From assembly GCA_965242525.1 (NCBI GenBank), contig OZ251459.1, positions 2,720,001-2,784,000 on the forward strand: a stretch of DNA of 64,000 nt. The letters run 5' to 3'. This DNA is from an uncultured Candidatus Binatia bacterium. GTDB taxonomy: Bacteria; Desulfobacterota; Binatia; UBA9968; JAJDTQ01. The notes beneath the pieces were generated by a model. The model ran no database searches. It was not told where the DNA came from and was given only the letters and a program-made list of their open reading frames with translations. The position numbers and the translations under genes are program-made. Below are positions 1 to 9,225 of this stretch, piece after piece; position 1 is the stretch's first letter, and every line of letters starts with the position of its first letter.

Positions 1-674
1 ACCGCCTCCACGTCCCGGGCCAGGTCCTCGACCTTCGGCAGGCGCTGCAGCGAGTCGATGCACGCGGTGTTGCGGATACGGACGTTGGCGAACCGCTCCA
101 GCAGCAACGCCATGATCTTCTTGTAGCTCTCCATCCAGAACGTGGTCTGGACGATGACCCCCACGGGCTCGAAGCGGGTCAGGCGGATGTCCTTCACGTC
201 GTCTTCGTCCTCGACGATGAAGACCTCCCGCTCCTTCTCCGCGGCGATGCCCATGAGGCGCGGAATGCCGTGGTGCGTGCGGCTGCTCAGGATCACCAGG
301 TGGCAACCCTGCTCCAGCAACTCCAGCTCGGCCTCCTCCTGCTGCACCACGAAGGGGCAGGTGGCGTCCGCCAGGAGCTCCAGGCCCTGTTCGCGCGCCT
401 TCCGGCGGACCTCCGGCGGCGCTCCCCGGACCCCATAGATGAGCTTCTCGTCCCGGATGGACTCCATGTCGTTGGTGGAGCGGATGCCGTCCTCTTCTTC
501 CAGCGACTGGAAGGCGATGAAGTCGTTCTCGGGCCTCAGGGACCACACCGCCAACCCGCCGCCGTATTTATCGACCATCTTCCGGTGCATGGCCCCGGCG
601 CGGTGCACGCCCACGCAGAGGCCGGAGGGGGGGATGCCCTTGGTGTCCGCGAAGCCCACCTTCACCACTTCCAT
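1..674 (-). CDS. IspH/LytB-fold [4Fe-4S] protein, divergent (runs off the window start)
   Basis: Not in the ORF track; translated by hand from ATG at 674: MEVVKVGFADTKGIPPSGLCVGVHRA...DATCPFV...VIVQTTF...RNTACIDS. The three cluster-ligand Cys motifs (GxCxGV, DATCP, NTxC) and QTT of IspH are present. Confidence 0.75.
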   Translation of the reverse strand, partial: MEVVKVGFADTKGIPPSGLCVGVHRAGAMHRKMVDKYGGGLAVWSLRPENDFIAFQSLEEEDGIRSTNDMESIRDEKLIYGVRGAPPEVRRKAREQGLELLADATCPFVVQQEEAELELLEQGCHLVILSSRTHHGIPRLMGIAAEKEREVFIVEDEDDVKDIRLTRFEPVGVIVQTTFWMESYKKIMALLLERFANVRIRNTACIDSLQRLPKVEDLARDVEA

Positions 675-744
675 GAGAACCTCCTCGCTGAAGCCGAACC
701 GCCGAGGGAGCCCGCGGTTGGCGCCGGCGCCGGGACCGGACGGG

Positions 745-1785
745 TTACCCGTGCGCGGGTCGGACCTTCCCGGCCTCGACGGCCACGTCCTTCAGGTATT
801 CTTCCTGCTCGACGATGGTGTAGAGCGCCAGCGAGCCGTCGTCCTTCACGGGCACGCCGCCGAAGAAGTGGAACGCGTGGCCGTCCCAGTCGTAGAACTC
901 GTCGCCCCGCTCGTACATGGCCTTCCACTGGTAACCCACCGGGCTCCGGTGCAGGCCGGTGCGCGCGGGAAGCGCGTCTTCCTCTTCCAGGGTCATGCCG
1001 GCCTCTTCCTTCGCCCTTTCTTCCTCCGGCAGCCCTTCCCACATGCGGCGGTAGTTGGGCATGAACTCCTCCGCCCGCACGGTCAACGCCGTGTGCATGT
1101 CCCACCAGGGTCCGTGCCCGGCCACCCGCTCGTCCACCCGGTCCACCAGTTGGTAGATGAGCCGTCCGCCGGCCCGGAGCCGCAGCACCAGCATGCCTTC
1201 GGCCACCGCGGAGATCCTTTCCGGTTCGAGGGCGCAGTAGGTCTCGAAGAACCTGGCGGTGCGCCCCAGGTCCCGGGAGCCGTACACCGCGTGGCTGATC
1301 CGGCCCACCCCTTCCGAGGTGCAGACCTCCATGGCCCCTTCGGGCATGCGGTCGGGGGCCCAGAACTCGTACTGGTTGCCGTCCGGGTCGGCAAAGTGGA
1401 CCACGGTCCCTTCGTCGCCGCCCGCGGCCGTCCGGACCGGGTCGGTGTGCGGGATGTGGTGGCGGTCCAGCCGCCCGAGATGGGCGTCCACGTCCCCGGG
1501 CCGCACGTAGAAACCGCACCGGGGCGTGTCCTCGCCCAGGGGCTTGGCCGGCGGATAGACCTCGGGCTGGAGGAACGCGCCGATGCGGCAGGACTCGCCG
1601 TCCCACCAGAGGAAGCACATGATCGGCATGTCCTTCTTGCGCCCGGCGGTGGTGATGCCCCGGATGGGCCTTCTCGTGATGCCGGTGGCGTTCACCGCCC
1701 AATCCACCCAGGCCACCATGTCGTTGGTGCCGACGATGAAGTGGTCGATCCAGTGGACTACTCCGCGAGGCTCCTGGTCCGACAT
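745..1785 (-). CDS. Two-domain VOC/glyoxalase-family protein (extradiol dioxygenase-like fold)
   Basis: IDHFIVGTND, HFADPDGNQYEF and ISHAVYGSRDL are typical VOC repeats; RBS GGGAGG upstream. Confidence 0.75.
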   Translation of the reverse strand: MSDQEPRGVVHWIDHFIVGTNDMVAWVDWAVNATGITRRPIRGITTAGRKKDMPIMCFLWWDGESCRIGAFLQPEVYPPAKPLGEDTPRCGFYVRPGDVDAHLGRLDRHHIPHTDPVRTAAGGDEGTVVHFADPDGNQYEFWAPDRMPEGAMEVCTSEGVGRISHAVYGSRDLGRTARFFETYCALEPERISAVAEGMLVLRLRAGGRLIYQLVDRVDERVAGHGPWWDMHTALTVRAEEFMPNYRRMWEGLPEEERAKEEAGMTLEEEDALPARTGLHRSPVGYQWKAMYERGDEFYDWDGHAFHFFGGVPVKDDGSLALYTIVEQEEYLKDVAVEAGKVRPAHG

Positions 1786-1953
1786 GGGTCACCTCCCTGT
1801 GCTGGCGAGTCGCGGCTCGGCGCGTCCTGGCGAGTTCCATCCTGCCGCCGAGATTGCGATTACCAGAGCGCACCCACGCTGTCAACGATCCCGGATCCCC
1901 CTCCGGGCCTCCGGCGGACGTCCACGTAGCAAAGCAAACCCTGAACGACGCTC

Positions 1954-2026
1954 CCGTTCGTCCCGAGCCTACCGAACTCATCCTCCCGTTCGTCCTGAGC
2001 GTAGCGAAGCGAAGTCGAAGGACGCG
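1954..2026 (+). repeat. REP-like dispersed repeat (partial + full copy)
   Basis: CCCGTTCGTCCTGAGCGTAGCGAAGCGAAGTCGAAGGACGCG at 1985-2026, partial copy at 1954-1968; degenerate TIR-like GCAAACCCTGAAC just upstream (~1934). Confidence 0.85.
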
Positions 2027-2201
2027 GTTGAAGTCCCGCCTGCTTCATGCTAACAACCGACGCCTGTTCTTGCAGTAGGGTCACACGGCCCTCCGGTGCG
2101 CGCGCACAGCGTCGCCGGGGCCGTGTGATAGACGGACGGCCCCTTTCGACCAGACCCCATCCCGACTACAAGCGGAGAGAGGTAGAGGAGCAAGGAGTAC
2201 C

Positions 2202-3620
2202 ATGGCAACGCTCTCGGATGTGCAGAAGACCATTTCGGACAACAAGGTGCGGCGAGTGGAGTTGCTCGTCACCGACCTGATCGGTCGGTGGCAGCATTTC
2301 GCGATACCGGCCGCCAGGGTGAACGACAGCCTCGTCAACCGCGGCCTCGGCTTCGACGGCTCCAGCCTGCGCGGCTTCCAGTCCATCGACGAATCGGACA
2401 TGCTGCTGGTCCCGGACCTCGACACCGCGCGCATGGACCCCGTCGAGTCGGAACCGACCATGAAGATCATCTGCGACATCGTGGACCCGATGACGGGCGA
2501 ACGCTACTCCAGGGACCCCCGCTACGTGGCCACCAAGGCCGAGGAGCACTTGAAGGCCACCGGCATCGCCGACAAGGCGTTCTTCGGCCCGGAGCTGGAG
2601 TTCTTCCTGTTCGAGCACGTGCAGTTCGGCCTCAAGATCAACTCTTCGTTCTACACGGTGGAGTCCGACGAGGCCGACTGGAACTCCGGCCGTGACGAGG
2701 ACGGCCACAACCTCGGCTACAAGGTCCCGCCCAAGCAGGGTTATTCCCCGGTGTCCCCGTTCGACAAGCTCGGCGACCTGCGCTGGGAGATGGCCGAGAA
2801 GATGGCCCAGGTGGGAATGGAGTTCGAGGTGCACCACCACGAGGTGGCCACCGGCGGCCAGAGCGAGATCGCCACGCGGTTCAACACCTTGCGCGCCAAG
2901 GCGGACGAGTCCCAGTGGTACAAGCACATCGTCCGCAACGTGGCCAGGGCCGGCGGCAAGTCCGCCACCTTCATGCCCAAGCCCCTGTTCGGGGACAACG
3001 GCACCGGCATGCACGTGCACCAGTCCCTGTGGCTCGGCGACTCGCCGCTGTTCTACGACGAGGACGGCTACGCCCAGCTATCGGAGCTGGCGCGGCACTA
3101 CATCGGCGGCCTGCTGAAGCACGGTCCGTCGCTGCTCGCCTTCTGCGCTCCCACGACCAACTCCTACAAACGCCTGGTCCCCGGGTTCGAGGCGCCGGTC
3201 TATCTGGCCTACTCGCAGCGCAACCGTTCGGCGGCCGTCCGCATCCCCACCTACGAGACCTCGGCGGCCAGCAAGCGGCTCGAATTCCGCCCGCCCGACC
3301 CCTCGGCCAACACCTACCTGGCCTTCTCGGCCATGCTGATGGCGGGCCTCGACGGCATCCAGAACCGCATCGAACCCGGCGACCCGGTGGACACCGACAT
3401 CTACGAGCTCTCTCCCGAGGAGATCGGCAACATCCCCGCGGTGCCGACTTCCATGGAAGAGGCGGTGGCGGCCCTGGGCGCCGACCACGAGTACCTGACC
3501 CGGGGCGGCGTGTTCACGCAGGACGTCATCGACCACTACATCTCCTTCAAGGAGCAGGAGTCCCGCGACGTCTTCCTGCACCCGGTGCCCGCGGAGTTCT
3601 TCCACTACTACCACATCTAG
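2202..3620 (+). CDS. glnA: Glutamine synthetase type I
   Basis: FDGSS, GPELEFF, HHHEVA, FMPKPLFGDNGTGMHVHQS, NSYKRLVPGFEAP, RNRSA, RLEFR; the adenylylation-site-like DIYEL is retained. Confidence 0.97.
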   Translation: MATLSDVQKTISDNKVRRVELLVTDLIGRWQHFAIPAARVNDSLVNRGLGFDGSSLRGFQSIDESDMLLVPDLDTARMDPVESEPTMKIICDIVDPMTGERYSRDPRYVATKAEEHLKATGIADKAFFGPELEFFLFEHVQFGLKINSSFYTVESDEADWNSGRDEDGHNLGYKVPPKQGYSPVSPFDKLGDLRWEMAEKMAQVGMEFEVHHHEVATGGQSEIATRFNTLRAKADESQWYKHIVRNVARAGGKSATFMPKPLFGDNGTGMHVHQSLWLGDSPLFYDEDGYAQLSELARHYIGGLLKHGPSLLAFCAPTTNSYKRLVPGFEAPVYLAYSQRNRSAAVRIPTYETSAASKRLEFRPPDPSANTYLAFSAMLMAGLDGIQNRIEPGDPVDTDIYELSPEEIGNIPAVPTSMEEAVAALGADHEYLTRGGVFTQDVIDHYISFKEQESRDVFLHPVPAEFFHYYHI

Positions 3621-3716
3621 CCTCCTCGCCGGGGAGCGGCCGCGCGCCGCTTCCCGGCGCCATCCGCCACCGGCAGCCTTTCCCGCACGGCCCCCGACAA
3701 CGCTTCCCGAAAGACA

Positions 3717-3923
3717 GGAACCTCTGAACAATCCGGACAGGGGGCATGAGCGCGTCCTTCGACTTCGCTTCGCTACGCTCAGGATGAACGGGGGACTTCG
3801 CTACGCTACGCTCAGGATGAATGGGGATCCTCGCTTCGCTACGCTCAGGACGAACGGGGGTAGGGGCGTCAGGATGAGGGAATCGGGAATCCATCCCGGA
3901 TGTCTCGATTGTCCAGAAGTTCC
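3717..3923. mobile_element. MITE-like element with 17-bp terminal inverted repeats carrying three tandem REP-like units
   Basis: Left GGAACCTCTGAACAATC (3717-3733), right GATTGTCCAGAAGTTCC (3907-3923; 2 mismatches to the reverse complement); internal CGCTACGCTCAGGA(T/C)GAA x3; no transposase. Confidence 0.7.
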
Positions 3924-4015
3924 GATACGGATACCGTACTGCCCGCAGGACGCGCCGGCGTCCCGCCCCGCCCGGGGCGTGACGGAACAGGGACGATGTG
4001 CTAGGGAAGGTTGCC

Positions 4016-4930
4016 ATGCGTATCCTGATCCATGGCCAGCAGGCGTTCGGCAAGGCGGTGCTGGAACGGCTCCTTGCGGGACCGGACGAAGTCGTGGGGG
4101 TCTTTTGCGCGCCGGACCGCGAGGGCCGGCCCATGGACCCCTTGAAGGAGGCGGCGCTGGAGCGGGGGCTGCCGGTGCACCAGCCCGGAAGCTGGAAGGA
4201 CGAGGCGCTGGTGGACCTGGTGCAGTCGTTCCGGTCCGACCTGTGCGTCATGGCCTACGTGACCCTCCTCGTGCCCCGGGGGGTGCTGGACGCCCCGAGG
4301 TTCGGCACCATCCAGTATCATCCCTCCCTGCTGCCGTTGCACCGCGGCCCCAGCTCCATCAACTGGGCGCGGATACAGGGAGACCAAAAGACCGGCCTCA
4401 CCATCTTCTGGCCGGACGAGGGCCTCGACGAGGGGCCGGTCCTGCTCCAGAAGGAGGTGGATGTCGCGCAGGACGACACCGTGGGCAGCCTCTACTTCGA
4501 CAAGCTGTTCCCCATGGGGGTGGAAGCGGTGGCGGAGGCGGTGGAGCTGGTGCGCGCCGGTACGGCGCCGCGGGTCGAGCAGGACCAGAGCCGCGCCACC
4601 TACGAGGGCTGGTGCCGCGAGGCGGACGCGGAGGTGGACTGGTCCGGGTCGGCGCCGGAGGTCCATCGGCTCATCTGCGGAACCGATCCCCAACCCGGCG
4701 CCTGGACCACTTTCCGCGGGAACAAGCTGAAGCTGTACGGCAGCCGCATGGGCGCCGGCGCGGGCGCGCCCGGGGAGGTCCTGGCCGTGTCCGACCACGG
4801 CATGGAGGTGGCCGCGGGCTCGGCCAGCGTGGTGGTCCGAAGGGTGCGGGCCCACGACTCCCGGTCCAAGGCGGCCGCGGCGGAATACGCCGCCGCGGTC
4901 GGCCTGGGTCCCGGGTCGCGCCTGGGCTGA
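4016..4930 (+). CDS. Formyltransferase-family protein (Fmt / 10-formyl-THF hydrolase-domain-like)
   Basis: HPSLLPLHRGPSSINW, TGLTIFWPDEGLDEG, ATYEG and a C-terminal Fmt domain (DPQPGAWT). Confidence 0.85.
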   Translation: MRILIHGQQAFGKAVLERLLAGPDEVVGVFCAPDREGRPMDPLKEAALERGLPVHQPGSWKDEALVDLVQSFRSDLCVMAYVTLLVPRGVLDAPRFGTIQYHPSLLPLHRGPSSINWARIQGDQKTGLTIFWPDEGLDEGPVLLQKEVDVAQDDTVGSLYFDKLFPMGVEAVAEAVELVRAGTAPRVEQDQSRATYEGWCREADAEVDWSGSAPEVHRLICGTDPQPGAWTTFRGNKLKLYGSRMGAGAGAPGEVLAVSDHGMEVAAGSASVVVRRVRAHDSRSKAAAAEYAAAVGLGPGSRLG

Positions 4931-4933
4931 CGG

Positions 4934-4960
4934 CGCCCGCGGACCTCCGGGGCGTTTTTC
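4934..4960 (+). terminator. Possible intrinsic terminator
   Basis: GC-rich imperfect hairpin CGCCCGCGGA-CC-TCCGGGGCG followed by TTTTT just after the stop codon. Confidence 0.4.
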
Positions 4961-5025
4961 CGGCGCACCGACCGTTTCCGGGGTTGGCCGTGTCCGCGTT
5001 CCGTGTCAGTATGGACAGGGGGACC

Positions 5026-6267
5026 ATGGATCGCTCGCAGTGGGACCGGCTCGACGGGATGCTTGGCGAGGTGCTCCGGACCAACGAGTTCTACCGCCGC
5101 AAGCTCGGCAGCGCCCTGCCGGCGTTGGAGAACCGGGAGCAGTGGTCCCGCCTGCCGTTCACCACCAAGCAGGAGCTGGTGGACGACCAGCTCCGGCGGC
5201 CGCCGTTCGGAAGCGGCCTGACGTACCCACTGGAACGGTACGTGCGGGTGCACCAGACCTCGGGCACCACCGGGCGCCCCCTGTACTGGCTGGACACCGA
5301 CGCGTCGTGGGACTGGTGGGGCGAGTGTTGGAAGGCGGTGTTCCGGGCCGCGGGGGTCGGGTCCGGGGACCGGGTCTTCTTCCCGTTCTCCTTCGGCCCC
5401 TTCGTGGGGTTCTGGAGCGGGTGGGAAGGCGCCCGCAAGGTCGGCGCGCTGGCGGTTTCCGGCGGGGGGCAGAGCACGCAGCAACGGCTCAGGAGCCTCG
5501 TGGACTACGGCGCCACCGTGCTGGTGAGCACCCCCACCTACGCCCTGCACATGGCCGCGGAGGCGCGCCGGGCGGGGATGGATCTGGCCCGGGAGTCGTC
5601 CGTCCGGGTGACCGTCCACGCGGGAGAGCCCGGAGCGAGCATCGCCTCCACCCGGCGGCGCATCGAGGAGGCATGGGGCGCCCGGTGCTTCGACCACACG
5701 GGCGCCACCGAGGTGGGCGCGTTCGGCTTCGCCTGCAACGCGCCCGGGGAAGGGGTGCACGTCAACGAGGACGAGTTCGTCGCCGAAGTGGTGGACGTGG
5801 ACAGCGGCGAGCCCTTGCCGGACGGAGGCCGGGGCGAGTTGGTGCTGACCAACCTGGGCCGGGTGGGGAGTCCCGTCATCCGGTACCGCACCGGCGACCT
5901 GGTGGAGGCGCGCCGCGGTCCCTGCGCCTGCGGCCGCTCCTCCCTGGTGCTGGACGGAGGCGTCCTCGGGCGCGTGGACGACATGGTGGTGGTGCGGGGC
6001 GTCAACGTGTTCCCGAGCGCGGTGGAACGGATCGTCCGGCAGTTCCCCGAGGTCGAGGAGTTCCGTGTGGACGTGCGGGAGACCGACGGTCTGGCGGAGC
6101 TCAAGGTCACGGTGGAGCCGGGGGCGTCGGAGAGTCCCGCGGGGCTCCGGGAGGGCGTGACCCGCTCCATCATGGACAACCTGCGCATCCGCCCGGTGGT
6201 GGATGTAGTGGCCCGGGGAACGTTGCCGCGTTTCGAGCTCAAGGCAAGGAGGTTCTTTCGGAGTTGA
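5026..6267 (+). CDS. Phenylacetate-CoA ligase (PaaK)-family aromatic acid CoA ligase
   Basis: LPFTTKQEL, HQTSGTTG, STPTY, HAGEPG, GATEVG, YRTGD, GRVDDM, RGVNVFP. Confidence 0.9.
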   Translation: MDRSQWDRLDGMLGEVLRTNEFYRRKLGSALPALENREQWSRLPFTTKQELVDDQLRRPPFGSGLTYPLERYVRVHQTSGTTGRPLYWLDTDASWDWWGECWKAVFRAAGVGSGDRVFFPFSFGPFVGFWSGWEGARKVGALAVSGGGQSTQQRLRSLVDYGATVLVSTPTYALHMAAEARRAGMDLARESSVRVTVHAGEPGASIASTRRRIEEAWGARCFDHTGATEVGAFGFACNAPGEGVHVNEDEFVAEVVDVDSGEPLPDGGRGELVLTNLGRVGSPVIRYRTGDLVEARRGPCACGRSSLVLDGGVLGRVDDMVVVRGVNVFPSAVERIVRQFPEVEEFRVDVRETDGLAELKVTVEPGASESPAGLREGVTRSIMDNLRIRPVVDVVARGTLPRFELKARRFFRS

Positions 6268-6779
6268 GCGGCCGGGAGATCACCGGAAAGCAGTTGTTGC
6301 GCCTGTGCGTCAACGGCGAGGTCCACGAGGTCGCCGGCCACGTGACCCGAAGCTTGCTGGAGGTGTTGCGGGAAGAGCTGGGGCTCACCGGCACCAAGCA
6401 CGGCTGCGAGTTGGGGGAGTGCGGCACGTGCACGGTGCTGGTGGACGGCGAGCCCATCTACTCGTGCCTGATGCTGGGCCTGGAGGCCGAGGGCCGCGAG
6501 GTCACCACCGTCGAGGGGCTCTCCGTGCAGGGCCGACCGCATCCGCTGCAACGGGCGTTCTCGGACCTCGGGGCGGCCCAGTGCGGTTACTGCATTCCCG
6601 GCATACTGCTGGCGGCCAAGTCGCTGCTGGACAAGGACCCCAGCCCGGCCCGGGCGGACATCGAAGCGGCCCTGTCGGGCAACCTGTGCCGCTGCACCGG
6701 GTATGCCAAGATCATCGAGGCGGTGGAGCGGGCCGCGGCCGACCCGGGGCGCGAGGGGCCGCGGGCAGGGGACGGCTAG
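6264..6779 (+). CDS. hcrC: 2x[2Fe-2S] small subunit of a xanthine-dehydrogenase-family enzyme (HcrC-like)
   Basis: GTKHGCELGECGTCTV, QCGYCIPG, GNLCRCTGY; TTG start overlaps the ligase stop. Confidence 0.85.
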   Translation: MSGREITGKQLLRLCVNGEVHEVAGHVTRSLLEVLREELGLTGTKHGCELGECGTCTVLVDGEPIYSCLMLGLEAEGREVTTVEGLSVQGRPHPLQRAFSDLGAAQCGYCIPGILLAAKSLLDKDPSPARADIEAALSGNLCRCTGYAKIIEAVERAAADPGREGPRAGDG

Positions 6780-6851
6780 GGCCGTGGGCCGGCCGGGAGG
6801 GCGCGCCGCGGGAGGCCCGGGGACAAGACGCGGCGCGGAGGACGTTCGGGC

Positions 6852-9221
6852 ATGAAGCACAAAGGGTTCTCGGTCATCGGCAAGCCGTTGCCGCGCATCG
6901 ACGGGCCGGCCAAGTGCGCCGGGACCACCCGTTACGCCGACGACGTGGTGTTGCCGCGCATGCTGTTCGCCAGGCTGTTGCGCAGCCCGCATCCCCACGC
7001 CCGGGTCCACGGCGTGCTCACCGGGCGCGCCCTGGAACTGCCGGGCGTCCTGGCGGTCATCACCGGCGAGGACGTCCCGAGGAAGTTCGGCATCATGCCT
7101 TCCACCCAGGACGAGGAGGCGCTGGCGGTGGACAAGGTCCGCTACGTGGGGGACCCGGTGGCCGCGGTGGCCGCGGTCAGCGAAGACGCCGCGGAGGCGG
7201 CGTTGCGCCTCATCGACGTCGAATACGAGGTGCTCGACCCCATACTCTCCATCGAGGGCGCCTTGGAGGCCGAGGACTGCCGCATCCATAGCTGGAACCG
7301 CCGCGCCAACGTCCAGAAGGCCGTCTCCTTCGAGTTCGGCGAAGTGGAAGCGGGCTTCGACGAGGCGGACGAGGTCTTCGAGGGGACGTACTTCTTCCAG
7401 GGCAACACCCACCTGCCCATGGAGCAGTACTGCGCCCTGGCGGACTACGCCCCGGACGGCAAGCTCACCCTGTGGTCCTCGACCCAGACGCCCCACTACG
7501 TGCACCGGGCCCTCGCCAGGGTGCTGGACCTGCCCATGGGGCGCATCCGGGTCATCGCCACGCCGGTGGGCGGCGGGTTCGGGGGCAAGAGCGACCCGTT
7601 CTCCCACGAGATCGCCGCGGCCAAGCTCTCCATGGTGACGGGCCGGCCAGTGAAGATCACCCTCAACCGGGAGGAGTCGTTCTACGTGCACCGGGGGCGC
7701 CACCCGGTGAAGATGTGGCTGCGCACGGCGGTCGAGCGCGACGGCTCGCTCAAGGCCATGTGGTTCCGGTCGTTCCTCGACGGCGGCGGCTACAGCAGCT
7801 ACGGCTTGGCCACGGTCTATTACACCGGCGCGTTGCAGACGGTGACCTACGACTTGCCGGCCTACAAGTTCGAGGGCGTGCGGGTGTTCACCAACAAGCC
7901 CCCCTGCGGCCCCAAGCGCGGACACGGCACGCCCCAGCCCCGGTTCGCGGTGGAAGTGCAACTGGACGAGATCGCCGAGAAGTTGGGGCTGGACCCGGTG
8001 GAGATGCGCCTCCGGCAGGTGGTGAAGCCCGACACGGTGACCGTCAACGGGCTGCGGGTGAGCACCATCGGGCTGCGGGAATGCATCGAGAAGGTGGCCG
8101 AGAGCTCCGGCTGGAAGGAGAAGCACCGTTCGCTGCCCTGGGGCCGCGGCGTCGGCTTTGCCGCGAGCTCCTACATCAGCGGCGCGGGGCTGCCCATCTA
8201 CTGGAACGACATGCCCCATTCCGGGGTCCAGCTACGCGCGGACCGGGGCGGCGGCGTGACCGTCTTCTGCGGCTCCACCGACATCGGCCAGGGCTCGGAT
8301 TCGATCCTGGCCTTTGCCGTGGCCGAGGAGCTCGGGCTCATGCCCGAGGACGTGCGGGTGGTGACCGCGGACACGGACCTCACGCCGGTGGACCTGGGAA
8401 GCTACTCGAGCCGGGTGACGGTGATGACCGGGAACGCCGCCATCGAAGCGTGCGGCAAGCTCAGGGAGCGCCTGTTCCAGGTGGCCGCGGAGCTGCTGGA
8501 CGCGCCCGCGGACGACCTGGAGATGGAGGACGGCCGGGTGCGTTGCCGCAGCCTGCCGGACCGGGGCGTGGGCTTTGCGGAGTGCGTGGAGCGGGCGGAG
8601 AGCCGCTTCGGCACGCTGGGGGCCACCGGCAGCTATCGGCCGCCCCGCCATCCGGGGGACTACAAGGGCGCCGGGGTGGGTCCCACCCCCGCCTACAGCT
8701 ATTCCGCCGCGGTGGTGGAGCTCCACTGCGACGGCGACACCGGCGAGATCCGCATCGACAAAGTGTGGATCGCCCACGATTGCGGCCGGGCCTTCAACCC
8801 CCTCTGGGTCCAGGGGCAGGTGGAGGGAAGCGTTTACATGGCCCTCGGCGAGGCGTTGATGGAAGAGCAGGTCTTCCGCAAGTCGGGGCTGCACAAGATA
8901 CCCTCCATACTGGAGTACAAGAGCCCGACTACGCTGGAGACGCCGCCCATCGAGACCATACTGGTGGAGACCGACGACCCCGAAGGACCCTTCGGCGCCA
9001 AGGAGGCCGGCCAGGGGCCGTTGCTGCCGGTGATCCCCGCGGTGTCCAACGCGGTGTACGACGCGGTGGGCGTCCGGGTGCGCGAGATACCGGTGACCCC
9101 GGACAAGGTCCTGCGGGCCATGGACCAACGGCTCAAGCCGCCGACCGTGCCGGAGTTCGAGTTTCCCGCCCCCATCCGTTGGGCTCCCGGCCAGGGGGTG
9201 GAGGTCCCGCAGAAGAGCTGA
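6852..9221 (+). CDS. hcrA: Molybdopterin-binding large subunit, 4-hydroxybenzoyl-CoA reductase alpha-like
   Basis: LRSPHPHA, GGGFGGK, RGHGTPQ, DIGQG, DLGSYSSR, AHDCG, GPFGAKE. Confidence 0.8.
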   Translation: MKHKGFSVIGKPLPRIDGPAKCAGTTRYADDVVLPRMLFARLLRSPHPHARVHGVLTGRALELPGVLAVITGEDVPRKFGIMPSTQDEEALAVDKVRYVGDPVAAVAAVSEDAAEAALRLIDVEYEVLDPILSIEGALEAEDCRIHSWNRRANVQKAVSFEFGEVEAGFDEADEVFEGTYFFQGNTHLPMEQYCALADYAPDGKLTLWSSTQTPHYVHRALARVLDLPMGRIRVIATPVGGGFGGKSDPFSHEIAAAKLSMVTGRPVKITLNREESFYVHRGRHPVKMWLRTAVERDGSLKAMWFRSFLDGGGYSSYGLATVYYTGALQTVTYDLPAYKFEGVRVFTNKPPCGPKRGHGTPQPRFAVEVQLDEIAEKLGLDPVEMRLRQVVKPDTVTVNGLRVSTIGLRECIEKVAESSGWKEKHRSLPWGRGVGFAASSYISGAGLPIYWNDMPHSGVQLRADRGGGVTVFCGSTDIGQGSDSILAFAVAEELGLMPEDVRVVTADTDLTPVDLGSYSSRVTVMTGNAAIEACGKLRERLFQVAAELLDAPADDLEMEDGRVRCRSLPDRGVGFAECVERAESRFGTLGATGSYRPPRHPGDYKGAGVGPTPAYSYSAAVVELHCDGDTGEIRIDKVWIAHDCGRAFNPLWVQGQVEGSVYMALGEALMEEQVFRKSGLHKIPSILEYKSPTTLETPPIETILVETDDPEGPFGAKEAGQGPLLPVIPAVSNAVYDAVGVRVREIPVTPDKVLRAMDQRLKPPTVPEFEFPAPIRWAPGQGVEVPQKS

Positions 9222-9225
9222 GGCC

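Noticed and set aside
1583-2078. ORFs and N-terminal extensions containing PVRPERSEAKSKD / LRLRFATLRTNG peptides (also ORF-track entries at 3547, 3784, 31653, 49042, 53648)
   Set aside because: These are translations of the REP-like repeat; the true starts lie downstream.
3749-3858. CRISPR array (also 31604-31663 and 54591-54698)
   Set aside because: The units are directly tandem or separated by only a few bases, with no unique ~30-bp spacers and no cas genes.
5538-8219. Long antisense or alternative-frame ORFs (e.g. 5538-8219, 23613-26276, 34695-37808, 60441-62660, 11647-14094)
   Set aside because: They are shadow ORFs of high-GC coding sequence, overlapping well-supported genes and lacking recognisable motifs.
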